Positions 21,170 through 32,354 of a DNA stretch of 64,000 nt are shown here, piece by piece (positions within the stretch are counted from its first letter, which is position 1; each line of letters begins with the position of its first letter). The notes under the pieces were generated by a model. The model was given only the letters and a program-made list of their open reading frames with translations. It was not told the origin of the DNA and searched no databases. The position numbers and the translations under genes are program-made. Source of the stretch: Helicobacter pylori PMSS1 (GTDB taxonomy: Bacteria > Campylobacterota > Campylobacteria > Campylobacterales > Arcobacteraceae). The stretch lies in NCBI GenBank assembly GCA_945883785.1, contig CAMCYD010000003.1, positions 1,325 to 65,324 of the forward strand. The letters run 5' to 3'.

Positions 21170-22909
21170 CTATCTTTTGATAACAGATATCCCTAATGGA
21201 ACATCCATTGTTTTCGATATTTTTTTTGCTTGTCCTAGAATTGTATCAAGATCATTTTTCTCACATCTTTTTGTTATTTCAATAATAGCACTACAAACAT
21301 TTAATAGCTCAAATGTACGAGTTTCTCCAAATCTATCTTTTGTAGTGATGAAGCCATTTGTTTTATCTGTTTCATTGTAGAGTTGTTTTACATTTTCTTT
21401 AAAGAAGTTTTGGATTTTCAAAGCATCATCATAAACATTCTTGTATTTACTTTTTTTATAGCCTAAGAAAAAGTCATCACCACCAATATGCCCAATAAAA
21501 ACATCACTCAGGACCTCCTTTTTAAGGATATCGGCAAAAAGAAGAATCGCTCTATCCCCATGTCTAAAGCCATATAAATCGTTGTACGGTTTGAAATCAT
21601 TAAAATCAAAATAAACAATATGGCAAGTTTCTTTTGTCAAAAATGCTTGATTGATAAAATTTTCTATTTGTTGATTTCCTCTTAGTTTTGTCAAAGGATT
21701 CTGGTCTTTCGCCATCTCTAAGTTTCTATTGTAAGCGATGGAAAGCAAGTTATTGACATCAATAAAACCAAAATATTTGTTGTTTTTTGTGATAAAAATA
21801 CCATTTGAGTTGCACTCATTGATATTGTAAATCTCTAATGCTTTATCAACTCCCCAGTGAAGTTCACAAGAAATAGGTTCTTTGATAAATTTTTTGATTT
21901 TGTCACAACTATTATTATTTTTAGCAAGTGATATGCCGTATTGAGAATAGGCTATTTGTTTAATATCTTTTTCATAAATAATACCGTGAAGATTGTTTAA
22001 TCCATCCACAATTGGAACAAAAGTTGCCGTTGATTTTTGTGTAAAATAGAGTATCAAGTCGTGCAAAGAAGTTTCGATTCGAATAGGTTCAATGTAACTT
22101 ATTTTATTTTTATCAATTTTATTTGTTTCAAAAATTCGTTTATCGTTTTTGTAGGATTCTTTTACTATATCGTAAAAATCTAGTATCTCATGTGTATCTT
22201 TTGTTGGTCTTTGGATAAAATACCCCTGCAATAAATCAGCCCCAATATCTTTACACACATAATACTCTTCAATAGTTTCAATCCCCTCGGCTATAACTTT
22301 TATCCCCATAATATGAGACATATTGATAATTGAGGCACAAAATAATCTTTTTTTCGTATCATTTTGGATATTACTGATAAAAAATCTATCTATTTTAATA
22401 AAATTTGCTTCACTATAATACAAAAGTTGAAATCCAGCTATTCCTGTTCCAAAATCATCAATAGCAATATCAAATCCCTCTTGTTTGTATCTTTTGACCA
22501 TTGAGGAGATAGCATGTGAATCTGTAAGTGTTCCCCTCTCGCTGAGTTCAAAACAGATTGTTTTTTTATCGAGGTGTAAACTTTCTAAAATAAGTGATGT
22601 ATTTCCTTGACTAAAATCCGCCATATAAAGGAGTCTATTGTCAAGATTATAAAAAAGTTGTATGTGTTCTACACCGATAGAGACAAATTTATTAAGGGCT
22701 TTTTTTCTAAGTTCTATATCGAGTTGGTATAAAACTTCATCACTATAAGCATCATCAAAAAGTGCAAAAATAGACTCATATCCACCCGCTTCATAATGAT
22801 TTCTTAAGAGTGCTTCTACTGCAAATAATTTACCACTTTTGATACTTACTATTGGTTGAAATGCAAAGTCAAGTTTGTCCAATATAATATTCCATTTTTC
22901 ATTTAGCAT
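21170..22909 (-). CDS. c-di-GMP signalling protein: EAL phosphodiesterase - CBS pair - degenerate GGDEF
   Basis: EAL motifs are intact: AVEALLR, FELSE, DDFGTG, IKID, EGIET, QGYF. A central CBS-like region follows. The C-terminal GGDEF-like domain reads GGDDF and has no RxxD five residues upstream. The ATG at 22909 follows GGAG. The longer ORF would start at a TTG at 22999. Confidence 0.85.
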   Translation of the reverse strand: MLNEKWNIILDKLDFAFQPIVSIKSGKLFAVEALLRNHYEAGGYESIFALFDDAYSDEVLYQLDIELRKKALNKFVSIGVEHIQLFYNLDNRLLYMADFSQGNTSLILESLHLDKKTICFELSERGTLTDSHAISSMVKRYKQEGFDIAIDDFGTGIAGFQLLYYSEANFIKIDRFFISNIQNDTKKRLFCASIINMSHIMGIKVIAEGIETIEEYYVCKDIGADLLQGYFIQRPTKDTHEILDFYDIVKESYKNDKRIFETNKIDKNKISYIEPIRIETSLHDLILYFTQKSTATFVPIVDGLNNLHGIIYEKDIKQIAYSQYGISLAKNNNSCDKIKKFIKEPISCELHWGVDKALEIYNINECNSNGIFITKNNKYFGFIDVNNLLSIAYNRNLEMAKDQNPLTKLRGNQQIENFINQAFLTKETCHIVYFDFNDFKPYNDLYGFRHGDRAILLFADILKKEVLSDVFIGHIGGDDFFLGYKKSKYKNVYDDALKIQNFFKENVKQLYNETDKTNGFITTKDRFGETRTFELLNVCSAIIEITKRCEKNDLDTILGQAKKISKTMDVPLGISVIKR

Positions 22910-23079
22910 ATAAATTCTCCATTTTGAATTTGATTCATTATAGATTGAATTTATTTCTTTATGATTACAAGATTTATGATTATAAGCACTTTCAGCCAAT
23001 AGAACTATTCTTTGATTGGAGCTTTAAGACGACACCTTTCTATTGTGAAAATAATACCAAACACTTTCTTTGGATAAGA

Positions 23080-23889
23080 CTAATGTACTAATAGTTTAAA
23101 ATGTTTGGTAGTAAAGAGTTTTAAACTTTCATTTTTCATAGATTTAAGCTCACTTGAAAAGCCATTCTTTGAAAAAAGCATCATTATATCGGGTGTAATT
23201 GAGCTAATTTGGCAATCTTGAATAAGTTTAGTAAGCTCACTTTTTTTCATTTTACTATTTGTAATTTTACAGTTAGCTACTATCAATTTATTATGTATCG
23301 TTCTAGCAACTATATCAATCTCTATTTTCTCATCCCAATATTTACCAATTTGTTTTATTTTGTCATCTTCCATATAATTTTGTAAAAAAACAAGAGCTAA
23401 CTCTTCAAAAATAAAATGACTAAATTCCCCAATATAGTTTTCAAATCTTGTATGAAATTCCTTGAAATCTCCCTCTTTTATCCCTTTGTATATAGGAGAT
23501 ACAAACCCAAACCAAAAGCGAATAAAGGGTGTTGTAAAAAATAATCTTTTTGCAATTTTACTTTCATTTCTTTTGTTTACTAGAAAATTTTGTGACGATT
23601 CTATTTCTATAATCCCTTTTTCTGCAAGATTTTCTACACATTTCATCCCCTCTTCAAAACTTACATGTGCTCTTTTGAATGCTGTGGTTGTTTTTCTATC
23701 TCCCAGTGCAATGCCAGTTAAAATAGCATATTCAACTCCATATCCACCAACAAGATAGTTTATCTCTTTACGAAATTCATCATATCTTGATAGGATATTT
23801 TTTTCTATTAACTCTTTTAAAGGGATTGTTGTATCTATTTTTTCTTCTAATCCACCAAATAGTGTAAAATATTTGATAGCTATCTCCAT
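23080..23889 (-). CDS. DUF234 domain protein lacking the usual N-terminal ATPase module
   Basis: The C-terminal half matches the DUF234 pattern as I recall it: FEELALVFL...GKYWDEKIEIDIVA...VANCKITNSKM. Only 269 aa, and no Walker A motif. Confidence 0.55.
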   Translation of the reverse strand: MEIAIKYFTLFGGLEEKIDTTIPLKELIEKNILSRYDEFRKEINYLVGGYGVEYAILTGIALGDRKTTTAFKRAHVSFEEGMKCVENLAEKGIIEIESSQNFLVNKRNESKIAKRLFFTTPFIRFWFGFVSPIYKGIKEGDFKEFHTRFENYIGEFSHFIFEELALVFLQNYMEDDKIKQIGKYWDEKIEIDIVARTIHNKLIVANCKITNSKMKKSELTKLIQDCQISSITPDIMMLFSKNGFSSELKSMKNESLKLFTTKHFKLLVH

Positions 23890-23913
23890 ATCGTCTATAT
23901 TGTTTTGTTTACA

Positions 23914-23935
23914 AAAAGAACTAAAAAGTTCTTTT
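23914..23935 (-). terminator. hairpin downstream of the PBP1A gene
   Basis: AAAAGAACT-AAAA-AGTTCTTTT forms a 9-bp stem. The T-run is part of the stem on the minus strand. Confidence 0.4.
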
Positions 23936-23979
23936 GTTGATTTGTCTGTTGTTATTATTTGATATCCTTTGTGTGTGAA

Positions 23980-25899
23980 TTAAAATTCTATATTTTTATT
24001 GAGTACTGGTGTTTCTACTGTATTGGGTGTAGTTTCTGTTGTATTCTCATCAGGAGTTTCTTCTTGGTTGTAAAAATTTCGTTTTGTTTCTGGATGAATT
24101 TGAATCCAATTTCTATAAAAATATCCAACAGTTGGAGCCGATCCTCTTCCCCCTGTTTCACTTATTCTCATTGGCTTGTTATCATCATTTCCAAACCAAA
24201 CAATTGTTTGAATAGTAGGCGAATAAGCACAAAACCAAGCATCCATATTTTTATTTGTTGTGCCTGTTTTCCCAGCTATTTCTATACCATCAACAGCACT
24301 TCCTGTTCCAGTCCCGTAGCCAACGGCATCTCTTAAGATAGAAGTCATTTTTGCTACTTGAAGTGAAGATGTAATTATTTGTGATTTTACAACCGCTTTT
24401 TCTAGAATTTTAGATTTTTGTTCAACTGAATCAATTAAATAAGGGATAACTTTTACACCTTTATTTGAAAATATAGTGTATTGTTCACTTAACTTTAAAG
24501 GTGTTATTCCAAAACTCCCAAGAGCTATTGACATATCATAAGGTATATCTTTAAATCCATAGTTGAGCAAATCTTTATATACTTTGTCTAATCCTACTTC
24601 CATAACTAAATTTATTGTTGCTAAATTTCTTGAATGAACTAAGGCATCTCTCAAAGTTACTAGACCTTTATAATCATTTCCATAGTTCTTTGGTTGCCAT
24701 TTCTTAATTTCGTTAGCCTCTGTTTTGTATTCAAATGTCCTTGCGATATCAGCAATTTGGCTTTCGCTTGTATAGCCAAGCTCTAATGCACTTTGGTAAA
24801 CAAATGGTTTTATGGCACTTCCTGGTTGTCTAATGCTATTAATAGCTCTATTGTATGTTGATGTTGCATAGTTAACACCACCTGAAAGTGCCATAATCCC
24901 ACCTGTTGCACTATCAAGAACTATAATAGCACCATTTAAAGTTTGAGAGGTACTTTTGTTTGTATCTACTTTTTGATCTCGTCCCTTTATTCCGTCGTAT
25001 CCAAATTGCAAAGCATCATCCGCAATCTTTTGTGCATCAACATCAATTGTAAGCTTGATTTTGTATCCACCTGTTTTTATATCAGGATATTTTGTTTGCA
25101 AATCTTTTAAAACAGCATCTACAACATAAGGTGCTTTGTTTTGTGTTGTAGAGTCATTATAAATAGTTGGTTCAAAATTCATAGCATCGGTATATTGTTT
25201 TTCATTCAACCAGCCTAAAGTTTTTAATCGTGTAATAACTTGATTTCCACGGCTAAGCGAAAACTTTATATTTTTAGTTGGATCATAAAAACTAGGTGCT
25301 TTTGGAAGACCAACCAACATTGCTATTTCTTTGAGATTAAGTTGATTTAGATCTTTGTGAAAATATCCTAAAGCAGCAGTTCTTATTCCATTATAACCAT
25401 GTCCAAAATAAACTTCATTCAGATATCTTTCGAGTATTTCTTCTTTTGTCAGTAATGATTCAATTTGATAAGCAAGAACAACCTCTTTCAGTTTTCTTGT
25501 AAACTTTTTATCTCTTGTAAGGAGCATTGTTTTTACAAGTTGTTGAGTCAGGGTGCTAGCACCTTCAACCAATTTCATATGTTGCACATCTTTCAAAATA
25601 GCACGATTTATAGCTTCTAGGTTAATACCATCATGCTCAAAAAAATTCGTATCCTCAATCGCAACAATAGCCTCAATAGCCTGATGTGGAATTGTTTTAA
25701 AAGGTGCATAAAAACGGTGTTCACCTTCAAAAACATTGGCCACTAACTTATTATTTCTATCAAAAATCTGTGTCGTTAAAGGTGGATTATACTCAACAAC
25801 TTTATTTATATCTATTCTAATTTGATTTATAATAAACAGTACCCACAATAGGAAAATTCCACTAATAACTATGGCAGCAATTGTTAATTTTTTCTTCAT
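23980..25899 (-). CDS. mrcA: class A penicillin-binding protein (PBP1A; glycosyltransferase + transpeptidase)
   Basis: GT51 motifs EDTNFFEHDGI, GASTLTQQL and RKLKE. Transpeptidase motifs SAIKP (SxxK), SRN and KTGTT. N-terminal membrane anchor. Confidence 0.93.
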   Translation of the reverse strand: MKKKLTIAAIVISGIFLLWVLFIINQIRIDINKVVEYNPPLTTQIFDRNNKLVANVFEGEHRFYAPFKTIPHQAIEAIVAIEDTNFFEHDGINLEAINRAILKDVQHMKLVEGASTLTQQLVKTMLLTRDKKFTRKLKEVVLAYQIESLLTKEEILERYLNEVYFGHGYNGIRTAALGYFHKDLNQLNLKEIAMLVGLPKAPSFYDPTKNIKFSLSRGNQVITRLKTLGWLNEKQYTDAMNFEPTIYNDSTTQNKAPYVVDAVLKDLQTKYPDIKTGGYKIKLTIDVDAQKIADDALQFGYDGIKGRDQKVDTNKSTSQTLNGAIIVLDSATGGIMALSGGVNYATSTYNRAINSIRQPGSAIKPFVYQSALELGYTSESQIADIARTFEYKTEANEIKKWQPKNYGNDYKGLVTLRDALVHSRNLATINLVMEVGLDKVYKDLLNYGFKDIPYDMSIALGSFGITPLKLSEQYTIFSNKGVKVIPYLIDSVEQKSKILEKAVVKSQIITSSLQVAKMTSILRDAVGYGTGTGSAVDGIEIAGKTGTTNKNMDAWFCAYSPTIQTIVWFGNDDNKPMRISETGGRGSAPTVGYFYRNWIQIHPETKRNFYNQEETPDENTTETTPNTVETPVLNKNIEF

Positions 25900-25916
25900 T
25901 TTATTTTTTCCTCATT

Positions 25917-26627
25917 TTATTTTTTGTATGGTCTATTTGCGAAACCCGCATTTATAAGATTTTTAGTGTAGCTACTTTTTGGATTTGATAAAACATCAGA
26001 TATTTTACCAAATTCACAAATCTTCCCCTCCTTTAAAATTAGAATATCTTCACAAAGTTCTTTAATTGAATGTATATCGTGTGTGATAAATAGTATTTTA
26101 AACTCTAATTTCGCTTGAATTTCTTTTAAAAGATTTAAAATCATCTTTTTATTAGTTGTATCAAGTGCAGTAGTTGGCTCATCTAACAATAATAATTTTG
26201 GATTGTTTTCGAGCGATATGGCGATAACTATCCTTTGTAATTGCCCACCGCTTAGTTGCATTGGAAATTTATCCAAACTATCTTCACTAATGTTTACTAT
26301 TTTTAAGAGTTTTTTTTGTTGTTCTCTCTCGCAAGAAAATTGATTTTTTATGCGAGTGAGAGGTGAAAGAGAAGTAAATGGATTTTGAGGGACATATCCA
26401 ATATTATTTGTGTCAAATTTAAAATCACTATCATAATTGATTTTCATTTTAAGATTTGAGGGTAGCATATTCAATAATGCTTTAATTATAATCGATTTAC
26501 CACTCCCACTCTCTCCTATAAGTGCCGTTGAAGTTGTTATGTCAAAAGCTATATCAACTAAAGGCGTGGTTGTTGAATGTTTCTTTTCTATTTTCAATTG
26601 ATGAATCTTTAAGGTGCTATTTTGCAT
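25917..26627 (-). CDS. ABC transporter ATP-binding protein (Dpp/Opp-like), with no permease gene adjacent
   Basis: Walker A GESGSGKS, signature LSGGQLQR, Walker B LLLLDEP. The start shares one nucleotide with the gpmI stop (TAATG). Confidence 0.85.
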   Translation of the reverse strand: MQNSTLKIHQLKIEKKHSTTTPLVDIAFDITTSTALIGESGSGKSIIIKALLNMLPSNLKMKINYDSDFKFDTNNIGYVPQNPFTSLSPLTRIKNQFSCEREQQKKLLKIVNISEDSLDKFPMQLSGGQLQRIVIAISLENNPKLLLLDEPTTALDTTNKKMILNLLKEIQAKLEFKILFITHDIHSIKELCEDILILKEGKICEFGKISDVLSNPKSSYTKNLINAGFANRPYKK

Positions 26628-28102
26628 TAGATAAGCGGTTCATTCATCTCTTTTGGAATCCCTAGGCCCATAAGTTTCAAAATTGTTGGAGCTATATTAT
26701 TTAATCCACCATCTTTTATTTGAGTAACATTTCTAGCGATAACAAAACAAAAAACATCACCAACGGTATGATTAGTAAGTGTGTTTCCATTATTATCCTG
26801 CATCATTTCACAGTTGCCATGATCGCTTGTGATAAGCACGCTATAACCTTTCTCTTTAGCCTTATCAAGAATAAGCCCAAGTTCAATATCAACCGCCTCA
26901 ACCGCTTGTATACCAGCTTCATATATGCCAGTATGTCCAACCATATCACCATTTGCAAAATTGACAACAATAAAATCTTCACTATCATCCATTCCCTCTC
27001 TTGCAGCATTTCCAACTTCAGGAGCTGACATTTGAGGTTGCAAATCATAAGTAGCTACTTTTGGGCTAGGGATAAGAATCCGTTTTTCACCTTTAAATGG
27101 CTCTTCTTTCCCGCCATTGAGAAAAAAAGTTACATGGGCATATTTTTCAGTTTCAGCTATATGAAGTTGAGAAAGATTATTGTTTGAAATAATTTCAGCC
27201 AAAGTATTTGTTGGATTTTCTTTTGGAAACATTACAGGAAGTGGTAGATTTTTGTCATATTGAGTCATAGTCGCTATATTTAAATCTATTCGTTTTCTAG
27301 GGAAATTATCAAAAGTTTTACTTGCAAATGCCGTTGTAATCTCTCTTGCTCTATCGCTTCTAAAATTTGCAAAAATCAAACCATCATTTTCTTGTAAGCC
27401 TTGAAAATTTCCAAATCTAGTAGGAATTATAAACTCATCATAAATATTTTTTTTATATTGAGCTTGAATATAATCTAGCGGTTCCAATTCTTCACTTTTT
27501 AGATTTTCAAGTGTCATGACATCATAAGTCAATTTTATTCTATCCCAGTTATTGTCTCTATCCATTCCATAGTATCTTCCACCAATAGTTGCTATCTGGA
27601 TATTTTTTGCACAAATGGTCAGAATTTTTTCTAAATAAATATTCGCACTTGTAGGCGAAACATCTCTCCCGTCAGTTATAAGATGCAGGTATACTTTTTT
27701 CACTTTTGAACAAATTTGTGCCAAAGCTATGATATGGTCTATGTGCGAGTGAACACCACCATCACTTAAAAGTCCAATTATATGGATATTATTAGACTTT
27801 TTTATGGTATCTTTTAAAATAACATTATCTTTTAAAGTATTGTTTTTTATCTCAAGATTTACTTTGACAAGATCTTGATAAAGTACTCTCCCACTTCCAA
27901 TACTCATATGTCCAACTTCACTATTTCCCATTTGACCATCTGGAAGCCCAACAAATTCCCCATAAGTTTTAATGAGAGAGTTTGGCACATTGCTAAATAA
28001 ATAATCATAAGTAGGTTTCTTTGCATTGCAAAAAGCATTATAATTTGGTGAGACGTTAAGTCCTATCCCATCGGTTATTACTAGTAGTGTTTTTTGTGAC
28101 AT
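26627..28102 (-). CDS. gpmI: 2,3-bisphosphoglycerate-independent phosphoglycerate mutase
   Basis: [23 protein letters not shown] and TSDHGN motifs. The ATG at 28102 (MSQKTLLV...) is preferred over the ORF start at 28147. Confidence 0.93.
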   Translation of the reverse strand: MSQKTLLVITDGIGLNVSPNYNAFCNAKKPTYDYLFSNVPNSLIKTYGEFVGLPDGQMGNSEVGHMSIGSGRVLYQDLVKVNLEIKNNTLKDNVILKDTIKKSNNIHIIGLLSDGGVHSHIDHIIALAQICSKVKKVYLHLITDGRDVSPTSANIYLEKILTICAKNIQIATIGGRYYGMDRDNNWDRIKLTYDVMTLENLKSEELEPLDYIQAQYKKNIYDEFIIPTRFGNFQGLQENDGLIFANFRSDRAREITTAFASKTFDNFPRKRIDLNIATMTQYDKNLPLPVMFPKENPTNTLAEIISNNNLSQLHIAETEKYAHVTFFLNGGKEEPFKGEKRILIPSPKVATYDLQPQMSAPEVGNAAREGMDDSEDFIVVNFANGDMVGHTGIYEAGIQAVEAVDIELGLILDKAKEKGYSVLITSDHGNCEMMQDNNGNTLTNHTVGDVFCFVIARNVTQIKDGGLNNIAPTILKLMGLGIPKEMNEPLI

Positions 28103-28171
28103 TTTCTTAAACCTTTTTAATAATTTTTTGTATATAATGTCGTCCATTTTACAACAAAGAGGCTTTATAAA

Positions 28172-29233
28172 TTGTTTTATTGGTTTTATAAATTTTTAAA
28201 TATTAATATACTTCAGTATATTTCGGTTCGTGCAGGGCTTGGTTTTTTCATAGGTTTTATTTTTACTATGTATTTTATGCCTAAATTTATCAAATGGGCA
28301 AAAAAAAGAAAAGCAAATCAGCCCATTTATGAATATGCTCCTGAAACACATAAAGTGAAAGTTGGTACTCCTACAATGGGTGGAGTTGTTTTTATAGCGG
28401 GAACACTATTTGCTACACTTATAACTGCTAAATTAAATAATCCTTATGTTATTGGAGCTATTTTGGCCATAGGATTGTTCTGTGCAATAGGAATTAAAGA
28501 TGATTTGTCAAAGATTTTTGCCAACAAAAATGATTCAGGGCTTACCCCAAGAGCTAAAATGATGTTGCAGATGATGGCTTCGTTGATTATCGTAGGCATG
28601 TTATTTTATGCCAATCATACAACAACATTTTATGTCCCATTTTATAAGCTACCTATGTTTGATATGGGACTTTATGCAATTGGATTTTGGGTGCTTGTTA
28701 TGGTGGCAACAACTAATGCGGTAAACCTAACTGACGGATTGGATGGATTGGCTACGGTGCCTTCGATAATTTCATTTTTTACACTTTCTGTCATTGCTTA
28801 CATCACGGGGCATTTAGTTTTTAGTGGATATCTTTTGATGCCACATATTTCACTTGTTGGAGAACTTTCTGTCGTTGGTGCTAGTTTCATAGGAAGTTTG
28901 ATAGCATTTTTATGGTTCAATTCTCATCCCGCTCAGGTTTTTATGGGCGACAGTGGAAGTCTAGCAATGGGCGGATTTATGGGATATTTAGCGATAGTTG
29001 CAAAAAGTGAAGTATTGCTGATTCTTATAGGGCTAATCTTTGTAATAGAGGCAGTTTCAGTGATACTACAAGTTGGAAGTTATAAATATAGACAAAAACG
29101 AGTTTTCCTTATGGCTCCAATACACCACCATTTTGAAAAAAAAGGTTGGCATGAAAATAAGATTATAATCCGATTCTGGATTATAGCTTTTATGGCAAAT
29201 TTATTTGCAATACTCAGTTTAAAAATTCGATAA
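28172..29233 (+). CDS. mraY: phospho-N-acetylmuramoyl-pentapeptide transferase
   Basis: 353 aa polytopic protein with [20 protein letters not shown] and [11 protein letters not shown] start. Confidence 0.95.
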   Translation: MFYWFYKFLNINILQYISVRAGLGFFIGFIFTMYFMPKFIKWAKKRKANQPIYEYAPETHKVKVGTPTMGGVVFIAGTLFATLITAKLNNPYVIGAILAIGLFCAIGIKDDLSKIFANKNDSGLTPRAKMMLQMMASLIIVGMLFYANHTTTFYVPFYKLPMFDMGLYAIGFWVLVMVATTNAVNLTDGLDGLATVPSIISFFTLSVIAYITGHLVFSGYLLMPHISLVGELSVVGASFIGSLIAFLWFNSHPAQVFMGDSGSLAMGGFMGYLAIVAKSEVLLILIGLIFVIEAVSVILQVGSYKYRQKRVFLMAPIHHHFEKKGWHENKIIIRFWIIAFMANLFAILSLKIR

Positions 29234-29264
29234 TAAAACAAAAAAATATAAGCTGGAGAATACT

Positions 29265-30425
29265 TTGAGGATATTAGGTAAAGGAAAAACAGCTCAGGCT
29301 ATAAATGAGCTCTATAATGATGCAATCATGTATGATGATTTAGATAAAGATATTTATGATACAGATAGCGATGATTTGACCGTTGTAAGTCCAGGAATTC
29401 CACCATACAATTATTTAGTGCAAAATACAAAAAATCTTATAAGTGAATATGATTTGATTTGTGAAGATGTGCCTTATATGATTTGGATAAGTGGTACAAA
29501 TGGCAAAACAACAACAACGGCTATGATGGAGCATGTTTTAAAATACAAAAATGCCATTAGTGGCGGAAATATAGGCTTACCCTTGGCTAAAATGGATAAA
29601 ACAAAAAATATTTGGATTCTAGAAACATCTTCTTTTACGATGCACTATACAAAAAAAGCAAAACCAAATATTTATGTGTTACTTCCAATTACTGAAGATC
29701 ATACAAGTTGGCATGGTAGTTTTGAAGAATATGAAAATAGTAAACTAAAACCACTTGATACTTTATGCGAAGGCGAGATTGCAATTATTCCGAAGAAATA
29801 TGAAAATTATCCAACGAATGGGTTTAAAATTTGTTATGAGAATTCAGATGATTTAGCTTCTTGTTTTGGAATTGATAAATCAAAGATTTATTTTAAAGAA
29901 CCATTTTTGATAGATGCACTTCTTGCTATGAGTGTTGATAAAATTTTATTTGATAACATCAGCTATGAAACAATTAATAGCTTTATCCAAGACCCGCATA
30001 AAATGGAGGAGTTTAGGGATAAACATAATAGACTCTGGATTGATGATAGCAAAGCAACAAATTTTGATGCTACTTTACAAGCATTAAAAAGATATATAAA
30101 TAAGAAAATCTATATTATATTAGGTGGAGACGACAAAGGTGTTGATTTAAAACCACTTTTTAAAGAGTTGCATAATTTCAATTTAGAAATTTATGCTATA
30201 GGTACAAATTGTGATAAGTTGTATGATTTGGCAATTTTTTATAATAATATTTCGTGTCATAAATGTTATTTTTTAGAAAATGCAGTCAAAAAAATATCTG
30301 ATAATATGAAAATATCTAAAAATGATGAAGAAATTGCATTATTATCACCAGCAGCAGCTTCGCTAGATCAGTTTACATCTTATAAAGAAAGAGGTGAAAA
30401 ATTTAAACAATTTGTAAAGCTGTGA
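29265..30425 (+). CDS. murD: UDP-N-acetylmuramoylalanine--D-glutamate ligase
   Basis: Mur-ligase P-loop SGTNGKTTT, and position after mraY. TTG start in the ORF track. Confidence 0.88.
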   Translation: MRILGKGKTAQAINELYNDAIMYDDLDKDIYDTDSDDLTVVSPGIPPYNYLVQNTKNLISEYDLICEDVPYMIWISGTNGKTTTTAMMEHVLKYKNAISGGNIGLPLAKMDKTKNIWILETSSFTMHYTKKAKPNIYVLLPITEDHTSWHGSFEEYENSKLKPLDTLCEGEIAIIPKKYENYPTNGFKICYENSDDLASCFGIDKSKIYFKEPFLIDALLAMSVDKILFDNISYETINSFIQDPHKMEEFRDKHNRLWIDDSKATNFDATLQALKRYINKKIYIILGGDDKGVDLKPLFKELHNFNLEIYAIGTNCDKLYDLAIFYNNISCHKCYFLENAVKKISDNMKISKNDEEIALLSPAAASLDQFTSYKERGEKFKQFVKL

Positions 30426-30525
30426 AAATTATGACCATTTTTCTTTATTAAGAGAAAATTAAGATTGTTTAGTTATACTTCCACTCCATTTTAAGAAGTA
30501 ATGCTTAAAAGAAAAGAAAACAAGT

Positions 30526-30601
30526 GGCTCGGTAGCTCAGTCGGTAGAGCAAAGGATTGAAAATCCTTGTGTCGACGGTTCGATTCCGCCCCTGGCCACC
30601 A
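30526..30601 (+). tRNA. tRNA-Phe (GAA)
   Basis: 76 nt. Has a TAGCTCAGTCGGTAGAGC D-arm, anticodon loop TTGAAAA, TTCGATT T-loop and encoded CCA. By hand folding, one mismatch each in the acceptor and T stems. Confidence 0.85.
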
Positions 30602-30612
30602 CTGGTAAGTAA

Positions 30613-30688
30613 GCTGGATTAGCTCAGTTGGTAGAGCAGCTGATTTGTAATCAGCAGGTCGTAGGTTCAAGTCCTATATCCAGCTCCA
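30613..30688 (+). tRNA. tRNA-Thr (UGU)
   Basis: 76 nt. Acceptor GCTGGAT/ATCCAGC, anticodon stem GCTGA/TCAGC, loop TTTGTAA, encoded CCA. Confidence 0.92.
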
Positions 30689-30719
30689 TTTTATTGTTTC
30701 AAATGCAAAAAAATCTCAT

Positions 30720-30804
30720 GGTGAGGTTGGAGAGCGGTCAAATCCTGCGGACTGTAAATCCGCCGCCTACGGCTTCGAAGGTTCAAATCCTTCTCTCACC
30801 ACCA
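30720..30804 (+). tRNA. tRNA-Tyr (GUA)
   Basis: 85 nt with a long variable arm. Anticodon loop CTGTAAA, T-arm GAAGG-TTCAAAT-CCTTC, encoded CCA. Confidence 0.9.
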
Positions 30805-30812
30805 CTTTTTTT

Positions 30813-30889
30813 GCGGGAGTAGCTCAGTTGGCTAGAGCTTCTGCCTTCCAAGCAGATTGTCGCGAGTTCGAGTCTCGTCTCCCGCTCCA
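30813..30889 (+). tRNA. tRNA-Gly (UCC)
   Basis: 77 nt. Acceptor GCGGGAG/CTCCCGC, anticodon loop CTTCCAA, encoded CCA. Confidence 0.92.
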
Positions 30890-30943
30890 ATAAAAATCAA
30901 AAAAAACAATCAAATTAATTAAAGCTATATTTAAAGTTTTTTA

Positions 30944-30952
30944 TGATAAAAT
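30944..30952 (+). promoter_or_regulatory. candidate extended -10 element upstream of tRNA-Thr(GGU)/tuf
   Basis: TGATAAAAT (TGnTAAAAT) ends 21 nt upstream of the tRNA 5' end. No clear -35. Confidence 0.35.
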
Positions 30953-30973
30953 TCCCAACTTTTTTACAATTGA

Positions 30974-31048
<75 letters not shown>

Positions 31049-31060
31049 GAGGTATCAAAG

Positions 31061-31101
31061 CCCTTTGAGTAGATAGGCCAATGACTTATCCACTCAAAGG
31101 G
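31061..31101 (+). other. hairpin between tRNA-Thr and tuf (processing or attenuation site?)
   Basis: CCCTTTGAGT(A)GATA - 11 nt - TATC(C)ACTCAAAGGG gives 14 bp with one A-C mismatch. It is followed by TTAAAATTT. Confidence 0.4.
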
Positions 31102-31133
31102 TTAAAATTTAAAATATTAAATAAGGAAAAAAA

Positions 31134-32342
31134 ATGGCAAAAGAAAAATTTAACAGAAGCAAACCGCATGTAAATATCGGTACAATCGGACATGTTGACC
31201 ACGGTAAAACTACTTTAACAGCTGCTATATCTGCAGTTCTTTCTGTAAAATTTGGTGGAGAAATGAAAGATTATGATCAAATTGATAATGCTCCAGAAGA
31301 AAGAGAAAGAGGTATTACTATCGCAACATCTCATATTGAATATGAAACTGCAGCAAGACATTATGCTCATGTTGACTGTCCAGGACATGCTGATTATATT
31401 AAAAATATGATTACTGGTGCTGCACAAATGGATGGAGCGATTTTAGTTATTGCTGCAACTGATGGGCCAATGGCTCAAACGAGAGAGCATATCTTGCTTT
31501 CTAAACAAGTTGGTGTTCCGTATTTAGTGGTATTCTTAAATAAAGAAGATCAACTTGATGATGATGACAAAGATGAGATGTTAGAACTTGTAGAAATGGA
31601 AGTGAGAGAACTTCTTTCTATGTACGATTTTCCAGGTGATGATACTCCAATTATTCCAGGTTCAGCATTCCAAGCATTAAATGAAGCAAAAGCAGGTGCA
31701 TGTGGAGTATGGTCTGAAAAAATCATGACATTAATGGATGCTGTTGATAGTTATATCCCAACTCCGGTTAGAGATGTAGATCAAGATTTCTTAATGCCAG
31801 TTGAAGATGTTTTCTCTATTTCAGGAAGAGGAACAGTTGTTACTGGAAGAATTGAAAAAGGCACAATTAAGATTGGTGAAGTTATTGAAATCGTTGGTCT
31901 TAGAGATACAATCAAAACAACCGTAACGGGTGTTGAGATGTTTAGAAAAGAGATGACTGAAGGTTTGGCTGGTGATAACTGCGGACTTCTTTTAAGAGGT
32001 GTTAAAAAAGAAGATGTTGAAAGAGGTCAAGTACTTATTAAGCCAGGTACAATTACTCCACATACAAAATTCGAGTGTGAGGTATATATTCTTTCTAAAG
32101 AAGAAGGGGGAAGACATACTCCATTCTTTACTAACTATAGACCACAATTCTATGTTAGAACAACGGATGTTACAGGTTCAGTAACACTTTCTGAAGGTGT
32201 TGAAATGGTTATGCCTGGTGATAATACGAGATTAACAGTACAGTTAGTTTCTCCAATTGCTCTTGAAGAGGGAACTAAGTTCGCTATTCGAGAGGGCGGA
32301 AGAACTGTTGGTGCTGGTGTAGTTTCTAAAGTTATAGAATAG
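31134..32342 (+). CDS. tuf: elongation factor Tu
   Basis: 402 aa with [18 protein letters not shown] and NKED. Confidence 0.99.
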   Translation: MAKEKFNRSKPHVNIGTIGHVDHGKTTLTAAISAVLSVKFGGEMKDYDQIDNAPEERERGITIATSHIEYETAARHYAHVDCPGHADYIKNMITGAAQMDGAILVIAATDGPMAQTREHILLSKQVGVPYLVVFLNKEDQLDDDDKDEMLELVEMEVRELLSMYDFPGDDTPIIPGSAFQALNEAKAGACGVWSEKIMTLMDAVDSYIPTPVRDVDQDFLMPVEDVFSISGRGTVVTGRIEKGTIKIGEVIEIVGLRDTIKTTVTGVEMFRKEMTEGLAGDNCGLLLRGVKKEDVERGQVLIKPGTITPHTKFECEVYILSKEEGGRHTPFFTNYRPQFYVRTTDVTGSVTLSEGVEMVMPGDNTRLTVQLVSPIALEEGTKFAIREGGRTVGAGVVSKVIE

Positions 32343-32354
32343 TCGGTACTAATT

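Noticed and set aside
23959-24336. 125-aa plus-strand ORF at the 3' end of the PBP1A gene.
   Set aside because: It is antisense to a well-supported CDS. The translation is Cys/Phe/Ser-rich with no motif.
30628-30822. 64-aa plus-strand ORF from the ORF track.
   Set aside because: It lies entirely across tRNA-Thr(UGU) and tRNA-Tyr, so it is an artefact of translating tRNA genes.
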